64,000 nucleotides of DNA from assembly GCA_950097015.1 (NCBI GenBank), contig CATNEN010000033.1:1364001-1428000 (forward strand), written 5' to 3'. Position numbers and translations under genes: made by a program. Each line of letters starts with the position of its first letter. Within the stretch, counting starts at the first letter, position 1. Source of the DNA: Macrostomum hystrix. Taxonomy: Eukaryota; Animalia; Platyhelminthes. Positions 35,901-48,455 of the stretch are shown in pieces. Below the pieces are notes generated by a model. The model had not been told where the DNA came from. It searched no databases and saw nothing but the letters and a program-made list of their open reading frames with translations.

Positions 35901-38495
35901 TTATGACTTCATTTGTTTGCTAGGAATTTTCTTGCACTCAAGCAATAAATGACATGATTAATGATTAATTAATGACATGCCTTTCCATAAAATAAAAAAC
36001 TAGGCCGGATCCCTGTACTGTCTGGTGACCGAATATGCCGCCGGAGGCGACCTGTCGGCCTACATGAAGTCATACAAAGACCAGCGCTTGCCTGAGCATG
36101 CCGCCAGGCTCATTGTGCGACAGATGGTGTCAGCCCTGCATTACATGCACGAGCGGGGCGTGGTGCACCGGTGAGTGGTAGAATTACCAGCGAGTCTCGG
36201 CGCAATTTTTTGGCTTCGAAGTTGTTTGGAAGGATTAACAGGTCGTGGCGTGAGCTGGTAGTCGCTTGGTTGTTTCCAATGATTAGCAGCTTGTAGTCTG
36301 TTTAGTAGATGGGGGGAGTGCCAGAGTGGTTAACGCGTTTGCCTCTCGCAGCTTCGTACAGAATTTTTGTGGAGTTGTCGTGCAATTCACACCCATGAGG
36401 GCCTGACGATGACGATGAGAACCTGACGATGAGAAAGTCTGTGCAGATGTACGTTATCTGTGTTCGTGTGTATTGAGGAGTTTGCCCTACAGCAAATATC
36501 ATTATTATTATTAGGTATTTCGTAGGATTAGCATGCCGTGACGAGAAGTGGCACTCGGTTGCATGTGAATTGAAGGTAAATTGGACTGAATACCTGTTGC
36601 ATACCTGTGGTTGTTTTGGGTGTTCGTTGATGCAGCGGGTATTTGGATAGCATTTTGCATTCCTCAAAGCAAACCCATTTGTAGAGATCTCAAGATGGAG
36701 AATATTCTCTTTGACGAGAAAAAGAAGAACATAAAAATATGTGGTAAGTCTGATCAATAGAGCAAAATAGCATTTGAAAAAGCTTGAGACAAAACCTTGT
36801 GAAAACGAAATACTTTCAGACTTTGGGCTGAGCAATCTTTACAGCGAGGAGCGACCTCTATGCACACATTGCGGCTCGCCCGAGTACGCAGCCCCGGAAC
36901 TTTTTCAGGAAAATCACGAATACGGACCTGAGGTGGATGTGTGGAGCATGTAAGGATTGCTTGAATTTTGCTTTCAATTTTGAAGGTCACATCGGTGACA
37001 GGTCACAGCGGTGACAGGTCACAGCGGTGACAGGTCACAGCGGTGACAGGTCACAGCGGTGACAGGTCACAGCGGTGACAGGTCACAGCGGTGACAGGTC
37101 ACAGCGGTGACAGGTCACAGCGGTGACAGGTCACAGCGGTGACAGGTCACAGCGGTCATTTCAGTGATTTCCCAGTTTCCAAGAGGTTTTTCCCATCCGT
37201 TCAAATTGCAGGGGTGTAATCATGTACACTTCAGTCGTAGGTCGTCTACCATTCGATTCGCCTTATCACGATCATCAGCGGAACAAGCGCCTGCTGTTGC
37301 AGATTAACTGCGGACTGCAGCCAAAACACGACAAAGAACTGGAGCATCTAACATCCGGTAAGACGACAGGTATGAATTTTGAGTTTGTCTAACTGACTCC
37401 CCTCTTCACTCAACGATTCCTCTTCTAGACTGTCGCAGCCTTCTCCGCCAGCTGATTGAACCGAATCCCACTCTGCGGCTTCCGCTGACGGAGGTGCCCG
37501 GCCACCCGTGGGTTAATCGGGCCGGCCGGCTGCCGTTCGCCTTCTACGTGCCCCCGTCACGGGATCCGCTGATGCGAGCTCAGGTGAGTCAGGGAAATGT
37601 TCCTGAGTCATGTTGATGACTCTCGATTGTCAGAACCGAGGGATTGCAGAAACATCAAAAACCAGGGTCCATAATGAGGATGTGTGATCAGGGTCCATAA
37701 TGAGGATGTGTGATCAGGGTCCATAATGAGGTTGTGTGATCAGGGTTCGGAACAGTAACCTCAGGCTGTGCTTATTTACAACCTAACCTTGTAAATCTAA
37801 ACTAGAGCTTATTGAAGCGCAAAATATAAAATTTTATTTTCAATTTGCTATTATATACAGCATTAATTATTCACAGCTTTATAACGTTTATAATTTATTT
37901 ACAAGCCTCATTGAAATTATATTTTTCATCTAGTTCATCTAAAGTACAAGGCCCATGCGTGGCAAGCAGTAAAGCACAGTAACACTTATATACTCAGTTT
38001 ACAATAGCGCTCAAACTCTCAAGACGATCAACCAGGTTGCCAAGGCTAACTAAGTTTCGGACAGCGTGCAGACTTTGTAGCGATGACGTCATATTTTCCT
38101 GGAATTTAGCACTTATTCTTTCGTGTAGCGTGCTCTGTGTTCTGCTTCAATAACTAACCTGCTTGCGTTGCTTTAGAAAGCGCGTTAGAAATTTGAAATT
38201 AGAATCAATGAATCCCCTGCCTGGCAGTTTCCAGTGGATACATAGCTTTACTAACTAAAAATACTAACTGCCTTTAAGGTCGCTTTAAGGTACAGAGATG
38301 CAGAACTTCTTCAGCTTATCGATCGTACGAGCATATATTAAAGCAGTTCAAGCATGTTTTCAAAATAAATTCACACTGCTGACTCGCAGCGACTCCCTTC
38401 TGCCCTCTCCCCCGAAACCCTTTTCCGTCATTACAGTCGATGGAGGAAGTTTCCAGCGGCCCGTCAGTCGACAGCGCGACCCAGGCGCAGCAACA

Positions 38496-38544
<49 letters not shown>

Positions 38545-41500
38545 AAGCTGCCGCAGGTCGGCAGTCAACCTGACAGCAGCTGCGTACGTAGCTTGCCAAG
38601 ACGATGTTGCTGGAGTTATGTTTTATAAGGTGTCAGAACCGAGGGGTGTCAGAACCGAGGGGTGTCAGAACCGAGGGGTGTCAGAACCGAGGGGCGTCAG
38701 AACTGAGGGATATCAGAACCGAGGGATATCAGAACCGAGGGGTGTCAGAACCGAGGGGTGTCAGAACCGAGGGGTGTCAGAACCGAGGGGTGTCAGAACC
38801 GCGGTGCCATTTGTCATAAGTACTTATTGATTTTTAATGACCACAGCTCTGCCCCTGTCTTAGTTTCTGGCTTACAGTGTGTATTTTCCTATGTATAGAA
38901 AAATGTTTGTGTCAATCAGAATCACTGCATTAGAATCTCTGAATCTCGATTAACCAACGTATTGATCAAAACCCAGGATTGACATTCGCAAACCCTAATC
39001 TCTGACATAGACGTGGAATAAAAAAACTGGCAACCTCTTCAACGTCGAGCTTGGAGTTGCGGTCCAAATTTTGCCAGAGTTTTCTGAAATCCCAGATAAA
39101 AGGGATTCAACTGAGAGCCTCCCGCAGCCTTTCAGTGCTAACTGCATTGCTCGTCGGACACTTCCGGTGGGTTGTAAAGTCATCTGCGATTGCAAATAGC
39201 GCGTGCTGCTGCCGCAACTGCAGATAGATAAGAAAGCCAGTTTGGGGGGTAGCTAATGACCATTGCGAGGCCACATGATGGGCCACATGGCGTCGAGTTG
39301 CTTTGAATTGTCCTGAAATCTTAATCCCAGTGATCTCTGGCCGGGAGGTTCAAGGCCCCGCTCCCTACCCATGGCCGAGAGGTGAACTCTGAGGCTGTGC
39401 AGAATGGCTTCCGCAAATTTGCATGAGCCTTTGACAGAGGAGGACTGTTTCTAGCTGAATGATTTCCTATCGAATTCCCGAATGTAAGATTATTCAACTG
39501 GAAGCTGGAAGCAACGTTTCAGAGCTCAAACTTTTTTCGATACGAAGAACAAAAGTTAGTACGAGTTACGATGATGATGGTGATCTCTAGAATGACTTTA
39601 CCTCGCAAGCATTCAGTGTACTGCTCCTTATTTACATCCTGATTCATCATGTATCGGTGCTGTCAGTTTCCGATTCGGCCATTGCAGCAGCTGCAGGACA
39701 GCCCGGCGTCACCCAGCAGCAGCTGTCTGAGTCGCAGGACGGCTTCGAACTCAGCCGGTGCCACTGCTCAGCAGCCGCTGCACCCTGAGCTGCTGCTAGA
39801 GTGTCAGGTAGCGATTGTTGTGGTTGGCTCTAACACTCTCTAACCTCTCGTTTTACGCTGTTTTCTGCTTGAATGTTCTTTAGATATTAACCTAGTCGCT
39901 GCCCTAGCTAGTTTCTTATAAAGAACGCATTTGTACCACGTGACTGATAGTCTGCACGCTGACTCCAGCTTTTGGAGATCGAAAGAAAAAACCGGCCTAC
40001 CCTCACGGATAGGGCTTCCATAGACAGGTAGCCTGCCGCGCCTATGCACTATTATTTTTAATTAGCGACCGATGTATTGCCAGGTGATTGGCGAACTCAG
40101 CGAACTGGTGCAGATACCGCGATCGGAGCTGGAGCGGGCGGTGAACGAGTCGCGGACCAGCGAACTGTCGGCGATGTTCGCTATGCTCATGGAGAAGAAA
40201 AAGCAGGAGAGAGGTGCGATCGTCTGGTCTCGATGGCTTAGTGTCTGTTTGTTGATTTACTGTCACACTTTTAGGTGGTAACAAGAATTTGACTTCTGAT
40301 CACTTGGTTTTATCGTTTGCAGAGTGACGTTTTTTGACGTTTTTGATGTCTCGAGGTTCTTTTTTAGTAGTCTGCCAGGTCATAGTTATTATTAACCGTG
40401 ATCTTCAGCAACTGCTGAACGATTTGAGCGATTAGGAACCTGATCATTTCAAAAGCACATCACTTCTTTCATCTGCCATCCTTTGTTACGAGTTTTTAGG
40501 CGTTTCTAGCAGCCATAAAAAGAGCAAAAGGGATTAAAAGTAGCAAGACCCCGCTATTTGTCCCCTGGAAAGACCACAAGGGTATCTCAAAGACCCACTG
40601 CCTACTTCACTGCTGCTCCCAAAACGGAATGATTGATTTTCGTGAAAGTCCACCATATGGATCAATTTTACCGCCCTTTGCGATGAACTGACTTTCAAAG
40701 CCGTTCGCCGTCAGCATCGTTGAGAATATTCAGCGATTCTGGTTGAAAACCCTGGTGGCAAGGACATTGCTTCATGTATGAAACTCCATGGCGAATCTAT
40801 AGCGGTTCAAAATTATGACAATTAACTATGTAATCAACAACAATAGCCGACATGATATTGCAAATTTTGTGAGCAGAAAAGTTATGTCTATATTGGCGGT
40901 TTTTGCCAACAAACGCCCAAACGCCCCGACGAGAACCGTTGAATATCTCGACGATGCCGATGTTTTGTGATTCTGGATACAGCGGAAAATTTTAGCCAAT
41001 TTTCTGCATTTTGATTGCGATTGATTAATTTTTTTGGAGATAAATAAAAAAGGAATATGTGTTATTCGAAATACCTCCGTGGTCTCTCTACTGTTAACTG
41101 GTCGCCTGGACCGCCCATTGGCAATTCGGCTCCTGCTCCGCAGGGTTCTACCTCTTCGACTACACGATGAGGCGCACTCAGGAGCATCCGGATGTGCAGA
41201 GGACGCAGCGGCTTCAGGCGCAGGAGAAGTGGCGCACCCTGAGGAGCAACATTCGTGCGAGCGCCCGCGCCTTCAAAGACCTCGTCAGGGAGCGCAGTCG
41301 ACGGAGTGGCAGCGGAAGCGGTGGCGGCATCGAGAAGGTACAATTTCGAGGCTTAACTCTTTCTTTGACGAATTTATCTTTCGATTGGAACTTGATGAAA
41401 TAATGAATAGGTTCCCTGGTGGCATTAACTGACCAATAGCCTCTCCCAGATCCCATAATCAAGTATGGATATGTGATCTCAGATAAAATATTGGAGCTAT

Positions 41501-44138
41501 CCTACCTTTCAAAATGTGAGGTCTTAAAATCATACTACTCATTTAGGCTGCGATCCCCCTGTCCAATGATAATTTCGCTACTCACTTTGTGCAGTTCGGA
41601 CACGATCTGGACTCACGGGCGTTCAGTGAAGACGACGGGGCCAGCCTCCAGTTGGGTGCCACCGCAGCGAGCCTCAACGCTGACAGCTTGTCTAGTGAGT
41701 CGGCCGCACTCTGATGAGCCCTTAGCCATTTACCTTTCCTTCGAATCAATTTAGATTTTTCTTGTCTGCATGCGACAATTTTTCTCAAGATTTATCAATA
41801 GCTCCACCGAAATAATATACTACTGAGGAGTAGTATCGAGAGCACAAACGTCTTGACTATTTTGTTGTGAGCACTGTTTGTAGAAAGTGTTTCAACCAGT
41901 TTGAATGCATTTTTGTTTATTGTTTTGCTCGCCTGCTTCTGTGACGCACAAAGTAATTCGAGGCCCACGATGCTCAGGCTACCTAGATAGGCAACCTACT
42001 ATCTATGAATGAGTTAGCGATAATTAGAGATTGATTAAAGAATTGCTAATCAGTTAATCCTGCTAATTTTACTGCCACTATACTTACCGACGGTCACTCA
42101 GTCCTCGACCAGCTCCGTCCTGAGTCTTGTTGCCAGTCCAGCCCCTGTCACTCAGTCATTCAGGCGAAATTCCAGGAGGCGGTAGCGGTAAGCTGCCACC
42201 ACTTCAAGGCACCGCAGTGGAAGATGCAGGGACTGCGGCCTCCTCGCCAGCGAGGCGTCCCGGCAGTCTAGTTGTGAGCCACCAGAATCACCAGCGCCAT
42301 CATCATCATGAGCAGCAGCAGCAACAAACACAACAACAGCAACCGGCAGACGTAGAGCAGAACTCCAAGGTAAATAACGTTCAGTATCGTGGAAGTCTGG
42401 ATTTCACCCGGGCCCTTAGTGCGACGACTTTTGGGGACAGATGCCAAATCCGTTTTCGAAATCGCACGAATGCTGCATGCCGCTGTACCGCCTGCTTACT
42501 CTGTACTTTTCCTTATTCGAATTTAGTTTTCAACTATTTTTCTAACTTTGCGCACTCATAAACTCCCCAAGTCTAACGAGGACATTTCATTGTGCTTTTA
42601 GAACAAGAAACTCAAAACACCTGGGTGGCATCGAAAGTTCTAGTCAAGTTAATGAATAATATTTACAAACCCTTCATTATGTTCTGAAAGCAGCGAAATT
42701 AGCAAATTCAGAACTGCAGACTCCAACCACACCTTAAACGGTCCAAACGAATGAGTTGATACGAGTTACAAACTGGAACATCTAAAGAGTCTCAAAAGCG
42801 CACTCAAAACCCCCAGCAGCCTCGCCTGCAAGGTCGGCACAGATCAAATACGCCGGGATCGTCTTCAGGAGCGACGACGGCGACGGCGGCAGCAGCTGCA
42901 GCTACTGTCCGGCGGAAGGCGGCTACGGCTGCGGCGGCTCCCACGGCACCACGCAAGAAGAAGGCTCCAACGGCGACCATCAATCCGGTCGGGGTTTACA
43001 TCGCCCCGCGCAGGGAACTGTTTCCTCAAAGACGGAATCCGTTTGCCGATCCGCCCTTGGGCAGCGAATCGGCGGCATCTCCAATGACGGCCGGAGCTGC
43101 TGCTGCGGCGAGTTCAGCGGCTACGACGGCGGCGGCAGTTGCGGCGACGGCCGCTCGGCGTCGCCGCCAGGTCTCTAATGCCCCGGCAACCGCCGCTGCC
43201 GCTACGGCCTCCGCATCTGCTTCCAATGTGCCTAACAACGTTGCGGAGGGTGCACGGCAACGTCGGGCTTCGGGCAATGAAAGCCCTGGCGCGGCAACCC
43301 GGGTCAGTCGGCGACTTTTGCGAGACGCACTGATGGAAGAGGCAGCGGAGCTTTGCGGCAAGCGGTATGACTTCCGGAGTGCTCCACGAGCCACGGCGGA
43401 CGACTTGGATGCGGATGCGGATGCGAATGCGGATGCGGATGCAAATGCGGATGCGGATGCGGATGCGGATGCGGATGCGGATGCGGATGCGGATGCGGAT
43501 GCAGGTGTGGGAGCATGTGCGGACGCAAATGCAGATGTGGGAGCATGTGCGGATGCAGACGCGAATGCGGATTCTGGACGCGAGCGAAGAGCACAGTTCT
43601 CTCGCGGTGTTGAGATTCTCTGGGGATCGACAGATGATTCATCGAGTCAGACAGGCAGGTACGAGAATTCTAATTTCCTAGCTAAGGCATGAAATATTTC
43701 TTTGATCGCAAGGCTACAAGCTTTATCATTCAGTATCATTCATTAATTATCAATCAGCTTTATAACTATTTTCTAAGGCCTGAGACTGATTTGAGCTGCC
43801 CCGTGGCTCGCCAGGTCAATGGGGAGGCTGTCCGACAGGAGCGGGCGACAGAGCGACAGCAGGACTGCGCTTCCACTTCCATTCCATCTGAGCACCACAG
43901 AACCCGGATTTCGCCTCCTTGTGCACCACTGCCGACTCGACGGAGGGCCTTCTCAGGTTGCCATTCAGTGAGTCTCGAAGCTTTATCCCCGATGCTGAAT
44001 CTTTGCCTGTCTGACTCTTTGTCTGTATTTCAGATTTCTCGCGACTCCGACGATCTAGCGGCTGAAGACTGCGGCTGTCTGGACAGTCGGACATGCGGTC
44101 ATGAGTCTGCATCGGGAACTAAACTGCCCATTGGCTGA
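32970..44138 (+). CDS. HUNK-like AMPK-related Ser/Thr kinase with UBA-like region and long low-complexity C-terminus
   Basis: Phase-consistent GT-AG exons 32970-33080, 34171-34299, 36004-36170, 36685-36743, 36820-36949, 37212-37357, 37429-37583, 40084-40213, 41144-41337, 41595-41694 and 42164-42369, plus less certain exons from about 42817 to 44138. Motifs [43 protein letters not shown]. '[10 protein letters not shown]' resembles HUNK YVTKNLRREG (from recall). Confidence 0.88.
34401..34764 (-). mobile_element. tRNA-derived SINE, copy 2, with 13-bp TSD
   Basis: GATTCGAGTGCAT at 34388-34400 and 34765-34777, box A/B head, (ATT)n tail. Lies in kinase intron 2. Confidence 0.88.
35565..35860 (-). 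mobile_element. tRNA-derived SINE, copy 3 (diverged)
   Basis: TTTGCCTCTCGCAC..GCTCGATTCC head and a body alignable by eye to copies 1 and 2. Confidence 0.7.
36311..36470 (+). mobile_element. tRNA-derived SINE, copy 4 (internally deleted)
   Basis: GTGCCAGAGTGGTTAACGCGTTTGCCTCTCGCA head, TTGTCGTGCAATT and CTGACGATGAGAAAGTC segments. Confidence 0.7.
36993..37156. repeat. 16-bp intronic minisatellite GGTGACAGGTCACAGC
   Basis: About 10 identical units with an internal inverted repeat GTGAC/GTCAC. Confidence 0.95.
37663..37745. repeat. 26-bp repeat CAGGGTCCATAATGAGGATGTGTGAT x3
   Basis: Direct reading. Confidence 0.85.
38630..38800. repeat. 16-bp minisatellite GTCAGAACCGAGGGGT
   Basis: About 11 units. 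Confidence 0.95.
43405..43570. repeat. (GCGGAT)n hexamer tract, probably within a kinase-gene intron (43364-43777)
   Basis: Flanked by the donor CG|GTATGA and a phase-compatible acceptor TAAG|G. Confidence 0.75.
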
Positions 44139-45596
44139 TCTAGCTCCCGTCAGTTCGCGTCAAGCGCTCGCGCATCCACTCCATCCACACCAAACTTTCT
44201 GCGTTCGAATTCCGCGTCAGAGAGTCCTGTCGGACTGCCTGCTCGTTTTTAAGCCCACCTTCTTTGCACATAAATGTTAGCTTCACACTTTATTGCTTCA
44301 CACTTGCAGTCACTTGAGGCCCGAACCTAACTAATCATACACCTACCTTTCTCCTACCTGCCTTTCTCACGCATAGCATTCCCTTAGTTTAATAACTATG
44401 CAACTTGGCATCCCCAGTTTTCCACAATATCGTGTCAGGCCTCTCCTGCAGCCGCAACTGTCGGCGAAGACTGCAGTCTACTAAAGCTGCAGTGCTGCGA
44501 AACTACGAGTATAAGTGAGGAAAGTAATTTTGAGAAGCTCCCGTTAAATCTACAGTTCACTCCCTACTGACGCCTCACGACCAGTTGTATCTGCTTTTCT
44601 ACCGCTAACCAAGCAAGAGTTGTGGTTTAAATGCATACTTCATCTTTAATTAATATTCTAACTTGTTTGAACTAAAAAAACGGAAAATTTGAAATCGGAG
44701 GCATTGCTTCAATATAAAGCTGCTCAGAACTTTGCTAAGAGTTGGCTTTCTTGTGTTAGTCAACCATCGGTTTTTGGTTGATTGTTTTCTTGTATTCTCC
44801 TCAAGGGAAAAGTATGTCTACGATCACAGTTTCAGCGCACGAATTTGGCAATGGAGGCCTTATGGCGATAGAAAAATTTCCGCTGTGACTAATCTACTAA
44901 TTTGTCCAATATGATTAAGCAGACAATCGTACTTTTCATTGCCATTAGAGTGGAAGAGACAGCAAAAAATCCAGGAAAACAATAGGAAGCTCCGCGTGAT
45001 TGAGACAATGCTTGCTCCATGCTCTGCTGTGGGGAGTAGCAGCGGTGAGAAAATACTGGCTCCAATCCTAGGGTAAGAGCTTATAGCGCAGAGCACAAAT
45101 TCTACAGATAGGTTCTTTTCCTCAGAGTTACGTACTCAGCTTGCGCCAGCCAATGCTCTGTTGATGATGCTAAAGTGATGTTGGTAACTAGGGTCAGTAC
45201 CGAACACTCAGTGTGCTGACATGGTCTCATTACATGTTGAGAAGTCAAAGCGCGTTGGCTCACCCATCACGAGAATAGTAGCCTAGATCTCCCCACGCTC
45301 TTTATCCTCCCCTCCTAACACGGTCTCCTCATTTTCATCCCCATCTTTCGCCATTGTACAAGAGTATTTTACCAGCTCTCTCACGTAGTCAGGGGCAACA
45401 AACCGGTGGAGAGTACACTTCAGCTGTGCGAGACCATTCAACCGACAGTGGCGGAGAAGAATAGAACGGATAGCCTCCCCAACGCTTTTGTCAATGCCAA
45501 AACTCAAGTAGGCAGCGGCAGCAGCAGCAGCAGCAGCAGTCTTCAAGTCCATTCCTCCACAAGCGCTCATCTAAAAACTGACGCAAGCTTCTGAGA

Positions 45597-46382
45597 ATGC
45601 GTCAGCAGAAACTCCTCCATCTAGCGAGCCTGCTCCTGGCTGCCGGCACGTCCGCAGCCTTCGCAGATCAGCTGGTCGACTGCGACCAGTGGTCCCCTTG
45701 GGCGGCCGGAGCTTCCGGAGTGAATGTCCGGCGACGCGAGTCCTGCTTCACAGGTCAGCTGGAGGAGCAGTGCCGATCATTGCGAGGCGGGCCCGTCACC
45801 GCCTGTCGTGACGAAGACGCGATGACAACGACAAAGACGTCCTCTCCATCCTACTGGGACATTTTTCGTCGCGGCTCCGGCAAGAACTTCGCCTACTACA
45901 GCTACAGCTACTACTCTCCGTCCACCTATTACTTCTATTCCTACTCGTCCTGGACGATGTCCTGCTCAGTGGCTTGCATCGCTGGAGCTGTGATTGGCGG
46001 TCTGATCGGACTCGGCACTCTCATCGGCGGAATCATTGTGCTCTACTGCTTCTGCATCAGGAAGAATCGACGACCGGGCATTGTTGGGCCGAACGCGACA
46101 ACCACCGTCGTGACTACTGCCCCCGCAATGGCCTATCCCACTGGCGGCGTCAGCGTAGTCAGCTATGGAAACCAGGCGTACAGTGGTGACGGAACCTACG
46201 GCCATGGCTATCCGCAACCGAACCCTGAGCAGTACCCTGAGCAGTACCCACAGCAGTACCCACAGCAGTACCCACAGCAGTACCCACAGCAGTACCCTCC
46301 GCCCTATACGCAAAGCAATCGGCCAGCTCAGGGCACCAACTCAACCGCCTATCCGCCTTTTTACCCCTCTGTCTCAGCCTGA
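45597..46382 (+). CDS. Single-pass membrane protein: signal peptide, TSR-like Cys ectodomain, Tyr/Ser-rich stalk, TM, juxtamembrane CxC, (YPQQ)n tail with PPPY (Shisa/CYYR1-like layout)
   Basis: MRQQKLLHLASLLLAAG..; CDQWSPW...RRRESC; TM 'IAGAVIGGLIGLGTLIGGIIVL'; YCFC; PPPY at 46296-46307. Intronless. Confidence 0.8.
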   Translation: MRQQKLLHLASLLLAAGTSAAFADQLVDCDQWSPWAAGASGVNVRRRESCFTGQLEEQCRSLRGGPVTACRDEDAMTTTKTSSPSYWDIFRRGSGKNFAYYSYSYYSPSTYYFYSYSSWTMSCSVACIAGAVIGGLIGLGTLIGGIIVLYCFCIRKNRRPGIVGPNATTTVVTTAPAMAYPTGGVSVVSYGNQAYSGDGTYGHGYPQPNPEQYPEQYPQQYPQQYPQQYPQQYPPPYTQSNRPAQGTNSTAYPPFYPSVSA

Positions 46383-48455
46383 GATGCTAAGGCTTGAGTG
46401 AATTGGCTTAAATCTATGAAAATATTTTTTTCCAGATAAATCTGACCTGCAAACAAAACAAACTGCTTACACGCCCAACGGACAGGCTATTTTTGAATTA
46501 ACCAGTGTTTATTTATTTTTTGGAAAGGTTTTTTATCTTGTTTCGCTCTATCTTGTTCATTATGATTTTTAATAATTGTGCCTCGTTCCGGATCTCATGT
46601 CCTGATGTACCTTGATTTCTCAACGCCGTATATATATACCTGAAGACAGTTACGGACGTATATAATATTATGCGAATGTACAATAATATATTCAAGAATA
46701 TTGTCGAATTTAGCAGCAACGCCTTCCCTATACTACTGACAGATGCACTCTCTGTCTTGCAAAAGCGGGATAATGCAGGCAAAAAAACTGTTTAAGAATT
46801 AGCTGCTCGTACATGTCCTAATATTGGAGAAGATAAGCGAATGACACACTTAAAAGTACCTAGATCCCATCTCCCGACCAACCGCATTTTCCGAGCAACC
46901 AGTAAAATTTGAGTCTGTATCGGCATGTGGATGGATCAGTATGTACGGTACGTGTGCATGTTTTTGGCCTGCGACATCTTCCCTAAGCAGCTGTCTATTG
47001 TTGGGTGAGGGACAGTGCTAATAGGAGTTTCACCTGCGGCAGACCCAGAGTATCATCAAAGAGCAGAAATTGGCGACTTGCTTGACTTGGCTGCATCCAG
47101 CTTCCATGGCTGATGAGCTGCTGAGGACCTGGTGGGATGCCGTCTCACATGACATCTTGTGATTCCGGTTGACATACGGTGCGTGATTGAGAACAGAGGA
47201 GGGTATACGCGACTGTAGAAAGACCATGGGGTATTTCAACTACCACATTTTTCTGTATTCTCAAAAATATTCAACAAAGCGCAATGAAAATTCAGAACAC
47301 AGGCTCAAATGTTCCGCTCGGATCCGATGAGACAAAGACCACAATCACAATCACAAAACATCGGCATTGTTGAGATATTCAACGATTCTCGTCCTGGTAT
47401 CAGTTGGTAAAAACCAACTATATAGACATAATTTTCAGCCCACAAAATGTAGTCATGGACGCATGTCGGCCCCAAAAACTAAGTCCAATCAGTCGCAGGG
47501 ACCTTTGTTCTCTAAATCCAAGTCACCAGGGTCCCCTTCATCAACGTCTGCGAGGGACCTTCACCAAAAGCAACCGATTAGGCATCTTAAAGACGGCTGC
47601 GTTCCCAAAGCTGAAATTGACGAATCCTCTTCTGCATGCAGTCTTCAGTCAGTGGACATTGAAGGGACCCTGGTGCCTCGGATGCTGAGGACAAAGGTCC
47701 CTACGACAGATGGTCTTAGACTATTGAACCAATACGGATTCGCTATAGAGGTAAAGAAAATATTTCATGAAATGCAATATGTACAGAATGTACAGAATGG
47801 AATATACGGAGCAATGTTAGTTGTCCTTGTCGACAGGGTCTTCAAAAATAATCGCTGAATATCTCGACGATGCTGACGCCGGACGGCTTTGAATCTTCCC
47901 TTCATGGTAAAGGGCGAAAATATTGATCTATGTGGTGAACCGGTCTGAAATTCGGTTCAAGAAGCCGGCGAGAAGCTGTGCTCTTTGCCCAGGGCAGAAA
48001 TGTGTGTTTTTGATACACGATGACTATAATTGGCTTTTTTAGTCTGGCAGAACCACCAGCACACTGTTTCGTATTAAAGCTTATTGCGTTACAGGTAGGG
48101 TCTACCACAGTCTGCGATATTGTTCATGTGCACCAAACACTTAATCAGAACAAATATACAGGAGCACAGATTAACTTCTCCGAGGTATCACTGCTACGAT
48201 TGCTGCCTAATCTAAGAACTTTATGGTCCAGCTGGAAAAATATTTGCCTAGCGCTCAAGGATCTTCTAGGGGTACGATAAGCATAAAAAATATACAAGTA
48301 TTTTAGCTATGCAAGCGAGGGAATAGAATGGTGGGATCTAAACCGCTTTTGCTGTCGCAAGAACTTATAAAGCCAGCAGCAGCAGCAGCGAAAGCAGTCT
48401 TTAAGTCCATTCCTCCACAAGCGCTCATCTTAAAAACTGACGCAAGCTTCTGAGA

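Noticed and set aside
43367-43692. ADADAD / MRMRMR coding extension of the kinase
   Set aside because: Phase-consistent splice sites place the GCGGAT tract in an intron. Retention cannot be excluded without RNA data.
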